A stretch of DNA of 64,000 bases from an uncultured Gemmatimonadaceae bacterium (lineage in GTDB: Bacteria; Gemmatimonadota; Gemmatimonadetes; Gemmatimonadales; Gemmatimonadaceae), in the NCBI GenBank assembly GCA_963829055.1, contig CAWHHI010000004.1:416001-480000 (forward strand), given 5' to 3'. Positions 44,319 to 53,047 of the stretch are shown in pieces. The stretch's first letter is position 1, and the number at the start of each line of letters is the position of its first letter. The notes under the pieces were generated by a model. The model was not told the DNA's origin. It worked only from the letters and a program-made list of their open reading frames with translations, and searched no databases. The translations under genes and the position numbers were made by a program.

Positions 44319-44926
44319 GCAACCGCTCCCCAGCCCTGTCGAGGGCTACCTGCCAACCGTTTGGTGAGGATGATCCGATCGTCTTCGGGCGCGTAGAACT
44401 CGCGAACGCGAGCTGCCTCGACGTAGCCGCGTCGGAGGTAGAATCCTCGCGTCGCGGTGTAATCGGATCGGGACGATGTTTCAACGACCAACATCCGAGC
44501 GTGCAGCGCTTCCAGTCTGCGTTCCACCTCTGAGAGCAACACGGTACCACACCCGGTTCCCTGCGCAGCGCGATCGACCGCGATCCAGTACAGGTCGAAC
44601 GTTCGATCAGTGCCCATAGAGGGGCCATAACAGGCAAACCCAACTAGCCGGGGACTGGGGACCGGGGACTGGGGACTCGGCTGGGACAGCGCATCGGCCC
44701 TAAGCGACAGATCCTCAGTCCCCAGTCCCCAGTCCCCAGTCCCGTGCTGTGCGGCAAAGGCGCCGCACAGCACGTAGTCCTCGCCGGCGAACGACTCGTC
44801 GAAGAGCTCGAGCGCCACGTCGACTTCTTCCTCGCGGAAGTTCTCCGTGCTGCGGAGGATCTCGGCGACACGCTCGCGATGACTCGCCGCGAGCGGACCA
44901 ACGATGATGCGACCGGCAGCGCTCAC
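44315..44926 (-). CDS. GNAT family N-acetyltransferase with in-frame repeat-derived insert
   Basis: FREEEVDVALELFDE, GFACYGP, DLYWIAV, QGTGCG, VETSSR, FYLRRGY; GTG start overlaps the upstream stop. Confidence 0.9.
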   Translation of the reverse strand: MSAAGRIIVGPLAASHRERVAEILRSTENFREEEVDVALELFDESFAGEDYVLCGAFAAQHGTGDWGLGTEDLSLRADALSQPSPQSPVPSPRLVGFACYGPSMGTDRTFDLYWIAVDRAAQGTGCGTVLLSEVERRLEALHARMLVVETSSRSDYTATRGFYLRRGYVEAARVREFYAPEDDRIILTKRLAGSPRQGWGAVA

Positions 44927-45945
44927 CCCACCGCCTCGACGCCTGAGAGTCGTTGCTTGCGAGCCCAACGGTCTTCGGACGCCACCCGCGGCTGCGTGAA
45001 CGCCTGCTCGCAGACGAGCCGCACGAGCGCCGGGTAGTCCATGCCGGCGATGCGCGCCATGCGTGCGAGACCCGCGGTCGGCGAGAAATCCGGATTCGCG
45101 TTCACCTCGAGAATCCACGGACGCATGGCTGCATCGATGCGCATGTCCACGCGGCCGTAGCCGGTGCCGCCGACCGCGCGCCACGCCGCGAGCGCGATGC
45201 GTCCGAGCTCAGCTATCAGCGCGTCAGGCAGATCCGCCGGACAACGCGGCACAGAGCCCATGTCCTCGTCGCTGCCCGTCTCCCACTTCGAGCGATACGA
45301 CACGATGCGCCAGTAGCGATCGGGCATCGCGGAGAAGTCGATCTCGGCGACGGGCAGCACCTGGTCGGCGACGATGCCGACGTTCACTTCGCGGCCAGAG
45401 ATGAAGCGCTGGACGATGACGTCATCCCATTCCTCGTGCATCTCGGCGACCCGTGCGTTGAGTGCGCGCACGGATCGCACGACGGAGCGCTGCTCGACGC
45501 CGAGCGATGCGTCTTCCGCGGCGGGTTTGCAGATCGCGGGGAAGCCAACGACCGGCAACGGTTCACCAACGCGGGCGACGCCCCATCGCGGCACGGGAAG
45601 CTTCGCGGCGTCGAGCAGCGTGTTCACGACGTTCTTGCGGAGGCACACCGACGTCGTGAGGCTGCCGCTGCCCGTATAGGGAATGCTGAGCAGCTCGAGC
45701 GTCGAGATGACCGCGGATTCGAGCGAGGCCACGCCGTCGATGCCTTCGCAGAGATTGAAGGCGAGGTCCGGCTTCGCGCGGCGCACGCGTTCGATCCAGC
45801 GTCCGTCGGGATTCACGGGAACGCGGATCGCTTCGTGTCCGTCACCCGCGAGTATGGCCTCGACTGCTTCAACTGTCTCGAGGATGGCGAGGTCAGGCGA
45901 CTTTCCAAGCGCCGAGATGCCATCGAAGAGCACGACAACTTTCAT
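44923..45945 (-). CDS. D-Ala-D-Ala ligase-like ATP-grasp enzyme
   Basis: FNLCEG, PYTGS, KPAAEDASLG, YGRVDMR, LEVNANP. Confidence 0.92.
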   Translation of the reverse strand: MKVVVLFDGISALGKSPDLAILETVEAVEAILAGDGHEAIRVPVNPDGRWIERVRRAKPDLAFNLCEGIDGVASLESAVISTLELLSIPYTGSGSLTTSVCLRKNVVNTLLDAAKLPVPRWGVARVGEPLPVVGFPAICKPAAEDASLGVEQRSVVRSVRALNARVAEMHEEWDDVIVQRFISGREVNVGIVADQVLPVAEIDFSAMPDRYWRIVSYRSKWETGSDEDMGSVPRCPADLPDALIAELGRIALAAWRAVGGTGYGRVDMRIDAAMRPWILEVNANPDFSPTAGLARMARIAGMDYPALVRLVCEQAFTQPRVASEDRWARKQRLSGVEAVG

Positions 45946-45992
45946 GTGGAGCTCCGTCCCAGAATTCCCAAGATTTCGTGTCGACGATCGAT

Positions 45993-47277
45993 TCACCGCC
46001 ACATCGCAGCGGTGGCGACGCCACTCGTTGCGATGCCCAGCTCGACGCCCTGCCGTTCCGCGGCGTGAAGCAAGCACGCCTGAATGAGCTCGTCGTAGCT
46101 CATACCGGCGGCACGCGCCGCTTTCGGAAAGCAGGAATTGTCCGCGGGGTTGGGGAGAATCCCGGGAAGGGGATTGACCTCGACCACGTTGGGCTTGCCC
46201 GCCGCATCCAGTCGGACGTCGATCCGCGACCAGTCACGACAGCCAAGCACGCGGTAGGCGCGGAGTACGACCTGTTCGATCGCACACCGCAACTCCTCAG
46301 TGATCCGCGCGGGACATTCGAAAATCTCGAGAGGCTTTTCGGGGCGATCCCAGATCCACTTCGCCTCGAAGCCGTAGACGGGAAGCGCGCCTTCGGGGAG
46401 CGCTTCGAAGTTCATGCCGACGATGGGCAGTACGCGTGCGTCATCGTCGTTGCCCAGCACTGCACAGGTGAACTCGGCGCCGGGGAGATACTCCTCGATG
46501 AGTACGGGTTGCTGGTAACGCTCGAGGAGAAACTCGACCTGCGCGTGGAGCTGTTCTGGTGTCTCGCAGTAATTCGCTTCCGTTATTCCCTTGGACGATC
46601 CTTCGTGGATCGGCTTAACAAAAACGGGGAATGGGGACTGGGGACTCGGGAATCGGGGACTGGATCTAGCCGCTCCGCGATGCGCGACCGGCGCGCAGCG
46701 TCGAGTCCCCAGTCCCCAGTCCCCAGTCCCCGCGAGTACGCACGACACTGAACGCCGCCGTCGGCACGCCGTGAAACGCGAGCACCTCTTTCGTTCTCGC
46801 CTTGTCGAGGCAGAGTGACAGCGTGAACGGATCGCTCGCCGAATACGGAATGCCGTAGAACTCGCAGATCGCGGGGATGTGTGCTTCGCGATTCACGCCG
46901 TTCAGTCCTTCGGCGATGTTGAAGACGATGTCGGGTCGTGCGTCGCGCAGGTTCTGCGGGAAGTCTTCGTTCGCTTCGAGGCGAATCACATCGCCGTAGG
47001 CGGCGAGGGCGGACGCGACGGCATCGATGGTGTCTGCGCTGTCCCACTCGGCGAACTCGTCATCGGCGGAGGTGGGGGGTGCGGGGGCGGCGAAGTCTCC
47101 CCCGACGGTGGCCGAGCGTGTGAGCTCGGACGACGCCGGTGCGGCGGAGTTCCGGGACGCGATGGCGTCCCGGCGACTACTGGGAGGCTCGTCGTCGCCG
47201 CGTGGCGTCTCGTCGTCGGGACGAGCGATCGCGGTCGACTCGGGCTTCTGGTTATAGGCGAATCCGATTCGCGGCAT
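45993..47277 (-). CDS. D-Ala-D-Ala ligase-like ATP-grasp enzyme (frameshift at internal repeat)
   Basis: AEWDSADTI, FNIAEG, CLDKARTK, then KPIHEGSSKG, WSRIDVR, EVNPLPG in another frame. Confidence 0.92.
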
Positions 47278-47494
47278 CCGGACTCCGAAGAGAGCGCAGC
47301 TCAGTCGAGCTTCGAGCGTGACACCGACATGGTCATTGGTCGGCGGTCGTATCTTCGCGGAGAAGGTCGTCTCTCGCGTCGGGTCGTGTGTGGATCGTCA
47401 CACTGGTCGGGCAAGAGCGATGCCACATCACGACGACGGCGAATGATAAGAACGGTGAATTTGTCGCGCAATGTCTTTTTGTCGATTTTCACGC

Positions 47495-47532
47495 TTGCAA
47501 TGATAGTAAGTGTGCTTATGATAAGTGCGCAG
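47495..47532 (+). promoter_or_regulatory. Sigma70-like promoter overlapped by a putative MarR operator
   Basis: TTGCAA-N16-TATGAT; imperfect palindrome TAAGTGTGCTTA at 47507-47518 and second half-site TAAGTGCGC in an AT-rich patch. Confidence 0.6.
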
Positions 47533-47557
47533 CGTAATATTTTTTCGCTCCCCGCCA

Positions 47558-48010
47558 ATGCCGAAACGTCTCCCACCGCAATTCGCCGCGCCCGCCGCGA
47601 GCCCAGGCGTTCTCCTCTGGCAAGCCGTGAATCGCTGGCAGCGTGGGCAGCGTCGCGCGCTCCGCGATGCCGGGCTCTCGCATCTCCAGGTGATGCTCCT
47701 CGCGAGCGTGACATCGCTCACAGAGCAGGACGAGCCCGTGACACAGGTCATGCTCGCACGCCACGCGCGCACGGACGCCATGACGACGTCGCAGGTACTC
47801 CGTACACTCGAGCGCAAGAAGCTCGTGCGTCGCACCGATCACCCGTCCGACTCGCGCGCGTACGCGCTTCGCCCGACGGCGGCGGGTCGCCGCCTCGCTC
47901 GCCAGCTCATCCATCTCGTCGAGCGCGCCGATCAGGAATTCTTCGCGGCGCTCGGGGGAGACACCACGAGATTCACAGCAATGCTCCGCGAACTCGGGAC
48001 TGGGGACTAG
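47558..48010 (+). CDS. MarR family transcriptional regulator
   Basis: SPGVLLWQAVNRWQR, LSHLQVMLL, TTSQVLRTLERKKLVRR, DSRAYALRPT. Confidence 0.92.
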   Translation: MPKRLPPQFAAPAASPGVLLWQAVNRWQRGQRRALRDAGLSHLQVMLLASVTSLTEQDEPVTQVMLARHARTDAMTTSQVLRTLERKKLVRRTDHPSDSRAYALRPTAAGRRLARQLIHLVERADQEFFAALGGDTTRFTAMLRELGTGD

Positions 48011-48112
48011 GGACTGGGGACTGGGGGAAACGACGAACCCTCGGGATGTCACTCTCGCATTGAGAGGCATCCCGAGGGTTTTCCAGTCCCCAGTCCCTTG
48101 TCCCCAGTCCCT
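47994..48112. repeat. GGGGACT-armed palindromic element between convergent marR and thyX
   Basis: GGGACTGGGGACTAGGGACTGGGGACTGG...AACCCTCGGGATG...CATCCCGAGGGTT...CCAGTCCCCAGTCCCTTGTCCCCAGTCCC. Confidence 0.85.
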
Positions 48113-48118
48113 AAGACA

Positions 48119-48869
48119 TCAGATCTTGTGGAAGCCCAGCCGCGCTGCCTCACGCCGATCCTCGGCCGTGTAGATCTCGAAGTCGGAGAACATCGCCGGC
48201 GCTTCCGCCTGCAGGAGACGCAGCGCCGTGATCGCGAAGCGGCGAATCTCCATCTCGGCGCCCTCGCTCGACCGTAGCTCGAGCATCGTACGCCATGCGC
48301 GAATGTTCGCCGTCGCGACGATCTTCGTCTCCGTCGCATTCGGCAGCACCGCACGCGCTGCCTCACGCGCCATCTTCCGGCGGTGGACCTTGTCGGCGAC
48401 CCACGCGTAGCGCTGCATCAACTCATCGACGAGCGACACGTAGCTTTTCTGCGCGCTCTCGACCTGCGTTCTCCACGCCGTCTCGAGGGATTCGTCGCCG
48501 ATGATCGCCGGCGGCATCACGAAGTCGGCAACCGACTCGTCGACGTAGCGCTGACTCAGTTGGCTGTACGCCCAGCCCGCGCGATGCCGCACCAACTCAT
48601 GCGTCAGCGAACGACTCACACCCTCGATCAGTACCGAGTAGTTGGCGTGCTCGAGTACGCTCCCGTGTCCCTGGCGCTTGATGTTCTCGAGGTACTCGCG
48701 CGTCGTGCGGTTCGCGGGATTGCGCTGGCTCATGTAGCAGAGACGGCCGGCGAACTCCGCGAGCCGCTCGCCATCGGTGCTCTCGCCAAGCCAGTTCACG
48801 GGAAGATGCGACGGCTCGGCGAAAGCGGGACGAGCGAGAAGCTGAGAGGCGAGGCTCTAGGTAGATCAA
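48119..48869 (-). CDS. thyX: FAD-dependent thymidylate synthase
   Basis: AGRLCYMS, GHGSVLEH, THELVRHR..SQLSQRYV, REAARAVLP; 5' frameshift, start approximate. Confidence 0.95.
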
Positions 48870-48927
48870 AGTCGGGAATCGGGAACGGGGAATCGGGAAT
48901 CGATGACAGCGCTCGCGCCGCACAAAG

Positions 48928-50568
48928 CTATTCGGTCTGTTCCTCGCGCTCCAGCATCGCGAGGCGAAACTCCGCGTACGCGCGATCGCGCTCGACGCGC
49001 GCGAGCACGCGCGCCGACGGCGCGGGCAGAGGCGCGAGCGCGGGATCGTATTTGATGTCGCCGAGTGGCTGCTGGCCGGGCAGGGGAACCTTCACGCCAG
49101 GGTTGAGAAGCGTCATCGGATCGAATGCGTGCTTCACCCTGCGCGCGAGCTCGAGCACTTCGGGGCTCGTGGTACGGGCGAGCAGCGGTGCGCGTAAGGC
49201 ACCGTCACCGTGCTCCCCCGAGAGCGAGCCGCCGAGTCGCGCCGTGAGATCGACGACGTCGCTCAGCACGCCGGCGACGCGATCGCGCCAACCGTCACGC
49301 CGCACGTCCACGAGCGGATTCACATGCACGTGCGCGTCACCCGCGTGTCCGAAGATCACGCCGGGCACATCATGCGCGGCGAGGGCCGCGCGGACGCCAC
49401 GCACGTAGTCAGCAAGCCGCGCCGGTGGGACGACGCCATCCTCGATGAACTGCATCGACTTGAGCGACGGGTCGAGGCGCGAGAGGATCGGGCTCGCTGC
49501 ATGACGCAGCTCCCAGAGACGCTCTTCATCCGCGCGACCGAGTCCGAGTGTGACGTGCGTCGCACCGGTGTCTTCGAGCTTCGCCGCGAGACCACGAGCT
49601 GCCGCTTCTGCACTGGGAGCATCGTCGGCTTCGAGCTCGATGAGCAACACCGCCTCCGTTCCATCGGGAATGGGCAACGGCGCGCCTCTCGCCGCCACGT
49701 CGAGGAACGTTCGGTCGAGCAGCTCGCACGCGCTCGCATTCCCCTGCTGCGCTTCCGACGCTCCAGTGACGGCGACGTCGAGCGACGCGTAGCTCGCGAG
49801 CAGGCTCGCGGTCGCGCCAGGCAACGTGGTGAGCTCGAGCTCGATCTCGACGATGATCGCGAGCGTGCCCTCGCTGCCGACGAGCAGGTCGATCAGCTCT
49901 CCACTGTCGGCGTAGTCGGCGAGCGCGTAGCCCGACGAGTTTTTTCGGAGCGTCCGATTGTGCAGCGCCGCACCGGCCGATCGAATCGACGGGGCGACGT
50001 CGGCGAGAAACGAATCGACTACCGCCACGCGCGGCGGCGGAGCGCCGCGACGAATCGTCGCGCGCGAGCCGTCGGCGAAGACGCAGTCGAGCGCCGTCAC
50101 CCAGCGTCGCGTCGACCCATAGCGAAGCGTGCGAGCGCCCGCGGCGTTTGTCGACACCATCCCGCCTAGCGAGCAGAACGCGCCGCTCGACGGATCGACC
50201 GGGAAGCGAAGCCCGACAGTCTTTGCCCGGGCGTCCACGCGATTCCGGATCGCGCCCGGTCCCACGACAATCCGCCGCGCCTCGTCAGGCAGGCCGATCG
50301 CGTCGATCCTGCTCAGGTCGACGATCACGCCGGTGCCAATCGCTCCACTCGGCATGCTGCTGCCCGAGCCACGCGGCACGAGCGCCACTCCCGCCGAGCG
50401 TGCCCACGCGACCAGTCGCACGACATCGTCCGCATCCGCCGGTACGGCCACCGCGTGAGGCATGACGCGCGCGATACCTGCGGCCTCTGCATACACGGCG
50501 CGCGCGCGAACGTCGTCGCGGTAGGCGCCCCGGAATTCCGGGCCCGGTCCATTGCTGTTCGACGTCAT
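48928..50568 (-). CDS. FAD-binding oxidoreductase (GlcD/D-lactate dehydrogenase-like)
   Basis: PRGSGSS, PVDPSS, GSEGTL, GHAGDAHVH, GEHGDG, DPMTLLNPG. Confidence 0.92.
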   Translation of the reverse strand: MTSNSNGPGPEFRGAYRDDVRARAVYAEAAGIARVMPHAVAVPADADDVVRLVAWARSAGVALVPRGSGSSMPSGAIGTGVIVDLSRIDAIGLPDEARRIVVGPGAIRNRVDARAKTVGLRFPVDPSSGAFCSLGGMVSTNAAGARTLRYGSTRRWVTALDCVFADGSRATIRRGAPPPRVAVVDSFLADVAPSIRSAGAALHNRTLRKNSSGYALADYADSGELIDLLVGSEGTLAIIVEIELELTTLPGATASLLASYASLDVAVTGASEAQQGNASACELLDRTFLDVAARGAPLPIPDGTEAVLLIELEADDAPSAEAAARGLAAKLEDTGATHVTLGLGRADEERLWELRHAASPILSRLDPSLKSMQFIEDGVVPPARLADYVRGVRAALAAHDVPGVIFGHAGDAHVHVNPLVDVRRDGWRDRVAGVLSDVVDLTARLGGSLSGEHGDGALRAPLLARTTSPEVLELARRVKHAFDPMTLLNPGVKVPLPGQQPLGDIKYDPALAPLPAPSARVLARVERDRAYAEFRLAMLEREEQTE

Positions 50569-50675
50569 CGACGATCGGTGCACATCATGCGGAGGATGTC
50601 CGGACACGCGGTCAGAGACAAGCGCTCTCGCTGCGGTCGTTGACACGACCGACCGCTGGTCGTCATCCATTCAGC

Positions 50676-51551
50676 ATGCCGAACACCGTAGACTCACCCG
50701 CGTCCGATTCGCCTGCGCCGCAAGCGCCGCCTTCGCCGGCAGCTTCGCCATCAGCCTCGGCGCGTGAGTTGGGCCTTCTCGTGAAGATCGAGACGGATCG
50801 CCGACTCGGACACGAATGGGATGAGTGGAATGGGCAGCCGCTGCCAAACGCGGGTGACTTCCGCACGACGACCGGGAAATATTTTCTCTTCACCTCGCTC
50901 GGAATAGGCGCGATCGTGATCACCGGCGCGGCCGCCATCTATCTACTGACGCCGCGTCTGGCGCAGCTCGCGACGTGGTTGCCGCGCGCGCTCTACGTCG
51001 GTGACGCCGTTCTCGCCGCGTTGGGCGCGCTCTGGTTGGCGCTGATCGGGCTCTCGTACGCGACCGACCGGGCATTGCTGCCGGGTCGATTCGCCGAGCG
51101 CGGTCTACTACTGAAGACGCTGCGACTGTCGTCGCGTGTGGGCGAAGTGTTCGGCGTGCAGCGCGACTGGACGGACAACGCGGCGCTCGCGGTCTACAAC
51201 CGTCTCGCCTGGGCGCGCGAGTGGCGCGTGCGCGCGAACGAGCTGCTCATTCTCATCCCGCGCTGCCTGTCGAGAACGGCGCTCGACGGCGTGATGGACA
51301 TCGCGAAGCGCTACGACGTCGCGACGTTCGTGGCGACGCGCGGCGCGTACGCGCGTCAGGCGATTCGCGAGCGTCGTCCGAAAGCGGTGGTCGCGGTTGC
51401 TTGCGAGCGCGACATGATCAGCGGCCTGCGCGACGTCGCGGGAAGACTCCCAGTCCTCGGCCTCACCATGCAGTTGCCCAACGGGCCCTGTAAGGACGCG
51501 TCGCTGGATCTGGTGAAGATGGAGCAGTTCGTGAGGAAGTACCTGCGCTGA
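50676..51551 (+). CDS. DUF116 domain membrane protein
   Basis: Two TM segments; LIPRCL, RPKAVVAVACERD, PNGPCKD. Confidence 0.85.
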   Translation: MPNTVDSPASDSPAPQAPPSPAASPSASARELGLLVKIETDRRLGHEWDEWNGQPLPNAGDFRTTTGKYFLFTSLGIGAIVITGAAAIYLLTPRLAQLATWLPRALYVGDAVLAALGALWLALIGLSYATDRALLPGRFAERGLLLKTLRLSSRVGEVFGVQRDWTDNAALAVYNRLAWAREWRVRANELLILIPRCLSRTALDGVMDIAKRYDVATFVATRGAYARQAIRERRPKAVVAVACERDMISGLRDVAGRLPVLGLTMQLPNGPCKDASLDLVKMEQFVRKYLR

Positions 51552-51559
51552 GCCACCGT

Positions 51560-51686
51560 GTCATCCCGAGGAGCGCCAGCGACGAGGGACCTTCTGTGAT
51601 GTCATCGTAGCCGGCTGGCCACGAGTACTTCACACAAGATCCCTCGCTGCCGCTCGGGATGACACGTGCTGCCGCTCGGGATGACA
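51560..51686. repeat. REP/MITE-like palindromic element (GTCATCCCGA family) with duplicated right end
   Basis: GTCATCCCGAG...GAGGGACCTT...AAGATCCCTCGCTGCCGCTCGGGATGAC, then GCTGCCGCTCGGGATGACA again. Confidence 0.85.
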
Positions 51687-51687
51687 T

Positions 51688-52521
51688 TTACTCCGCGTTC
51701 CCTCGCGCGACGACCACGGTCACGTTGTCGCTGCCGCCGCCCTCGAGTGCGGCGTCGATGAGCGACTGCGCGGCTGTCTCCGGATCGTTGGTGCCGAGTA
51801 GCTGCGCGATACGCTCATCGGGGACGTGCTTGGTGAGGCCGTCGCTGCAGAGCAGCAGCGTGTCGCCTTCCGTCAGATCGACGACGCCCACGCTCGGCAC
51901 GAGATCACCGCCAACGGCGCTCGAGAGCACGTTGTACAAGCCCGCCTTCTGCGCGTGCTGCTCCGTGACGGCGCCGATGTCGACGAGGTAGTCGCCCATC
52001 GTCTGATCGCGCGTGAACTGCTTGAGCGTCCCGTTGCGCAGGTAGTAGCCGCGACTATCGCCGACGTGCACGACGTAGGCACGCGGCCACACGACCGTGA
52101 CCATCGTGAGCGTCGTGGCGGGGCCACCCTGCGCCTGGAACATCGCCTTCAGCCGATCGTGCCCGCGCTCCACGGCGCGCGACAGATGATCGAGGAACGT
52201 CTGCTCGCGATCGACATCGAAGTCCTGCACGCAGCCGACGGCTTCGGCGAGATATTCGACGACCGACCGCACCGCGACGCCGCTCGCGAGCTTTCCACCG
52301 ATCGCGCCGCCGACGCCGTCGGCGACGACGAGGATGTTCACCTCCGGCCGGCGCAGTCGATCGAGGATCGTGGTGTCCTGCAGGTTCGTCGACCGAAGCT
52401 GAATCGATCGATGAAGAACCATGATCGCGAAGTGGTCCTCGTTCGCGGATCGCACCTTGCCGGCGTGCGAGAGCCCGACGGCATCGATGCGGACGGAGCG
52501 CGCGAGCGTTTCAGTTTCCAT
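51688..52521 (-). CDS. PP2C family Ser/Thr protein phosphatase
   Basis: GKVRSANED, VADGVGG, HVGDSR, LCSDGL, GGSDNVT. Confidence 0.95.
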   Translation of the reverse strand: METETLARSVRIDAVGLSHAGKVRSANEDHFAIMVLHRSIQLRSTNLQDTTILDRLRRPEVNILVVADGVGGAIGGKLASGVAVRSVVEYLAEAVGCVQDFDVDREQTFLDHLSRAVERGHDRLKAMFQAQGGPATTLTMVTVVWPRAYVVHVGDSRGYYLRNGTLKQFTRDQTMGDYLVDIGAVTEQHAQKAGLYNVLSSAVGGDLVPSVGVVDLTEGDTLLLCSDGLTKHVPDERIAQLLGTNDPETAAQSLIDAALEGGGSDNVTVVVARGNAE

Positions 52522-53047
52522 GACGCACCTGAGCCTGCGCGGCTGGCGCCGCGTCCTTCATTGTCGCGACGCCGATCCAGCGGAACGCGTCTTCGACACC
52601 TTCGCCCGTCTTCGCGCTCGTGGTCAGCGTGTGGAAGCCAGCCGCGATGAGCTTCGCGGTGTCAGCCGCCGTGAGCGTCCACTGATCCGTGAGGTCCACC
52701 TTGTTCAGCGCGACGATGGATGGAATATCACCGGCAGCCGAGCGCGTGAGCTCGCGGAGGTCGAACAGCTGGTCGAACGTTTCGCGGCGCGTGCCATCGG
52801 CCACGAACAGCACGGCGTGTGCGCCGCGCAGATAGCTCGCGGGAATCTCCTGCTCCGCGGTGCGACCCTCGACGTCCCAGAGCAGCAGGTTCACGTCAGT
52901 CTCACCGACGCGCACCTGCTTGCGATCGATCTTCACGCCGACGGTGCTGTGATACTTCGATGAGAAGAGCGAATGCACGTAGCGCTGCACGAGGCTCGTC
53001 TTGCCGGTTCCGAACACGCCCACCATGCACACTTTTTTCTGGATCAT
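52511..53047 (-). CDS. Rab/Ras-like small GTPase
   Basis: G1 GVFGTGKTS, G2 STVG, G3 WDVEG, G4 NKVD, G5 TSAKTG; stand-alone 178 aa. Confidence 0.92.
   Translation of the reverse strand: MIQKKVCMVGVFGTGKTSLVQRYVHSLFSSKYHSTVGVKIDRKQVRVGETDVNLLLWDVEGRTAEQEIPASYLRGAHAVLFVADGTRRETFDQLFDLRELTRSAAGDIPSIVALNKVDLTDQWTLTAADTAKLIAAGFHTLTTSAKTGEGVEDAFRWIGVATMKDAAPAAQAQVRHGN

Noticed and set aside
44923..47277. Calling the two ATP-grasp genes housekeeping ddl
   Set aside because: They lack the N-terminal GGxSxE and LHG motifs of canonical Ddl and are not in a dcw cluster.
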